This document shows, piece after piece, positions 62,344 through 64,000 of a stretch of 64,000 bases of DNA. Position numbers and translations under genes: made by a program. This DNA is from Macrostomum lignano. Its lineage: Eukaryota. The stretch is taken from assembly GCA_002269645.1 (NCBI GenBank), contig NIVC01000894.1, positions 310,001-374,000 of the forward strand, given 5' to 3'. Numbering within the stretch: the first letter of the stretch is position 1; each line of letters begins with the position of its first letter. The notes beneath the pieces are model-generated. The model did not search any database and had not been told where the DNA came from. It saw nothing but the letters and a program-made list of their open reading frames with translations.

Positions 62344-63875
62344 TCAATTCTCAGCCAGATGAGGCAACAAGTCGGCAACCGACTCGGCCGCACAGTTAGG
62401 CTTGAGCTCTGAGTTTGCTTCGCTTAAGTCTAGCAGATCCGCCGGTTTAGTGCAGCCGGTCATCACACATACTGTGTCCATGCCGTGCCGACGACCGAAT
62501 GCGATGTCCGTGTCGAGACGATCGCCGACCATAAGCCACTGGGACAGCGGGGGCGGCTGCTGGTCCGGCCGGGCCTCCGTCATGAGCTGCACGGCATAGT
62601 CCAGCATGGGCCGGTGTGGCTTCCCCATCACGGCTGCCGGCTGCTGCTGGGTGGCAACGCACAGAGCCGAGAGCATGGCTCCGGTGCCCGGCAGGCGCAC
62701 TGGCACAGTTGGCGACGGCTGTCCAGATGGCAGGAAGGCGTCCTCGTTACTGCGAGGAACAGTGCGCCGGCTGAGACGTAGCTGCAGGCTTTGAGCAGCT
62801 TCAGGTAGTTGAATCTGGTGTCCAGGGCCAGCAGAACGCAGGAGACGTCGTTGCGAAGCGGGGCGTCGCCGAATTGCTCAACGCCCTGGGTGACGGGCGG
62901 TTGATGAGTCAATGACGGGTGGTTGATGAGTCAATGACGGGTGGTTGATGAGTCAATGACGGGTGGTTGATGAGTCAATGACGGGCGGTTGATGAGTCAA
63001 TGACGGGTGGTTGATGAGTCAATGACGGGTGGTTGATGAGTCAATGACGGGTGGTTGATGAGTCAATGACGGGCGGTTGATGAGTCAATGACGGGTGGTT
63101 GATGAGTCAATGACGGGTGGTTGATGAGTCAATGACGGGTGGTTGATGAGTCAATGACGGTCAGTTGATGAGTCAATGACGGGTGGCTGATGAGTCAATG
63201 ACGGGCGGTTGATGAGTTTAAATAGTTTGGACCTCCATCAATCAGAGGAGACCAATATTTGAGATTGTTACAGAACTTACACTACCATATGCAGATTATT
63301 TAACTCACTCACCTGATCGTGCACCGCGGTGTCGTCATCCTCGCGAAATCCGCAGCATTTGATGCCGTGCAATTCCAATTCATCCTGAATGAAAAAAACA
63401 CGGGTTGTGGGTTGTAAAATTGTAAAGTCAACTATTTATGCTATGATAACGTTATGATTGGAAAACTATAGCATAGAAAGTAGTGAGTGAGGCCTTCTGA
63501 TACAGAAAAAGTGCGAACGAAAATTCCACCCACCTGCAATCCTTGACTTCCAATAACGTAGGTAACGCCGGGCAGCTTCAGCTTGCTGATGTACCCAGCA
63601 GCCACGGCGGCGGTGCACACGATGTCGGCCTCTTCAATCGGCAGCTCCAGCTTGCGACACTTTGCCACATATTGCGCCCTTGACTTGGAGCTGTTGTTGG
63701 TGACAAGAAACACCTGCCTGCCGAGTTGCTTCAGGCGAGTTAGCAGGTCCTTGGCACCTGGCACCAGGGTGTTCTCGTTCCAGATGACGCCATCGCAGTC
63801 GAATAAAAATACTCGCTTTGTTGACATCAGGCGGGCAACGTCTGCTGCACTGCTCAAGTAGCTTTTGGTTGTCAT
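62344..63875 (-). CDS. PGP: HAD subfamily IIA phosphatase (phosphoglycolate phosphatase / chronophin-like); join(63875..63534,63384..63313,62885..62344) with a 1-nt frameshift near 62751
   Basis: Motifs FDCDGV, TNNS, GKP, GDRLDTDI; GT-AG introns in phase 0. Exon 3 is 542 nt, one short of frame; restoring one base yields the expected FLA(S/T)NED. About 318 aa. Confidence 0.85.
62890..63215 (+). repeat. 22-bp minisatellite in PGP intron 2
   Basis: Unit GGGTGGTTGATGAGTCAATGAC, about 15 copies, abutting the exon 3 acceptor. Confidence 0.95.
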
Positions 63876-64000
63876 TTTCTGAAATTAAGTATTTGACAAT
63901 TTGATCAGAGAAATATTTTCACAGGTAATCAACAATTGAACATAGCTTAAATAACAAGTGTCATCAGATGTCAACAAAATGTGATAGGAATAAAACTAAT

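Overview
Eukaryotic (metazoan) genomic DNA with GT-AG introns and TTAGGG repeats. It resembles a repeat-rich flatworm such as Macrostomum, but that is inference only. (1) 1-743: 5' end of a Ty3/Gypsy-like LTR retrotransposon (gag, PBS, LTR, minus strand). (2) 1.8-20.3 kb: five two-exon genes in alternating orientation, each encoding a secreted signal peptide + WSC + PAN/apple-like protein. The WSC exon occurs as two diverged types with hypervariable positions, while exon 2 is nearly identical. All four combinations of two 5' modules and two 3' flanks are present. The cluster also holds a hAT MITE with an 8-bp TSD, a retroposon-like insert with a 217-bp flanking duplication that re-creates a promoter, and a decayed intron-containing Crypton tyrosine recombinase. 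(3) 20.9-26.1 kb: 13-bp satellite. (4) A 6-exon PLA2G15/LCAT-family gene (-), a 3-exon ankyrin/SOCS-box gene (+) and a tRNA-derived SINE. (5) 37.9-62.1 kb: an almost gap-free, co-oriented head-to-tail train of non-autonomous Helitron-like elements of related families, carrying telomeric tracts, tRNA-like Pol III boxes and expanding satellites. (6) A 3-exon HAD-IIA phosphatase (PGP-like, -) with a 1-nt frameshift. All coordinates were derived by eye; no searches were run.
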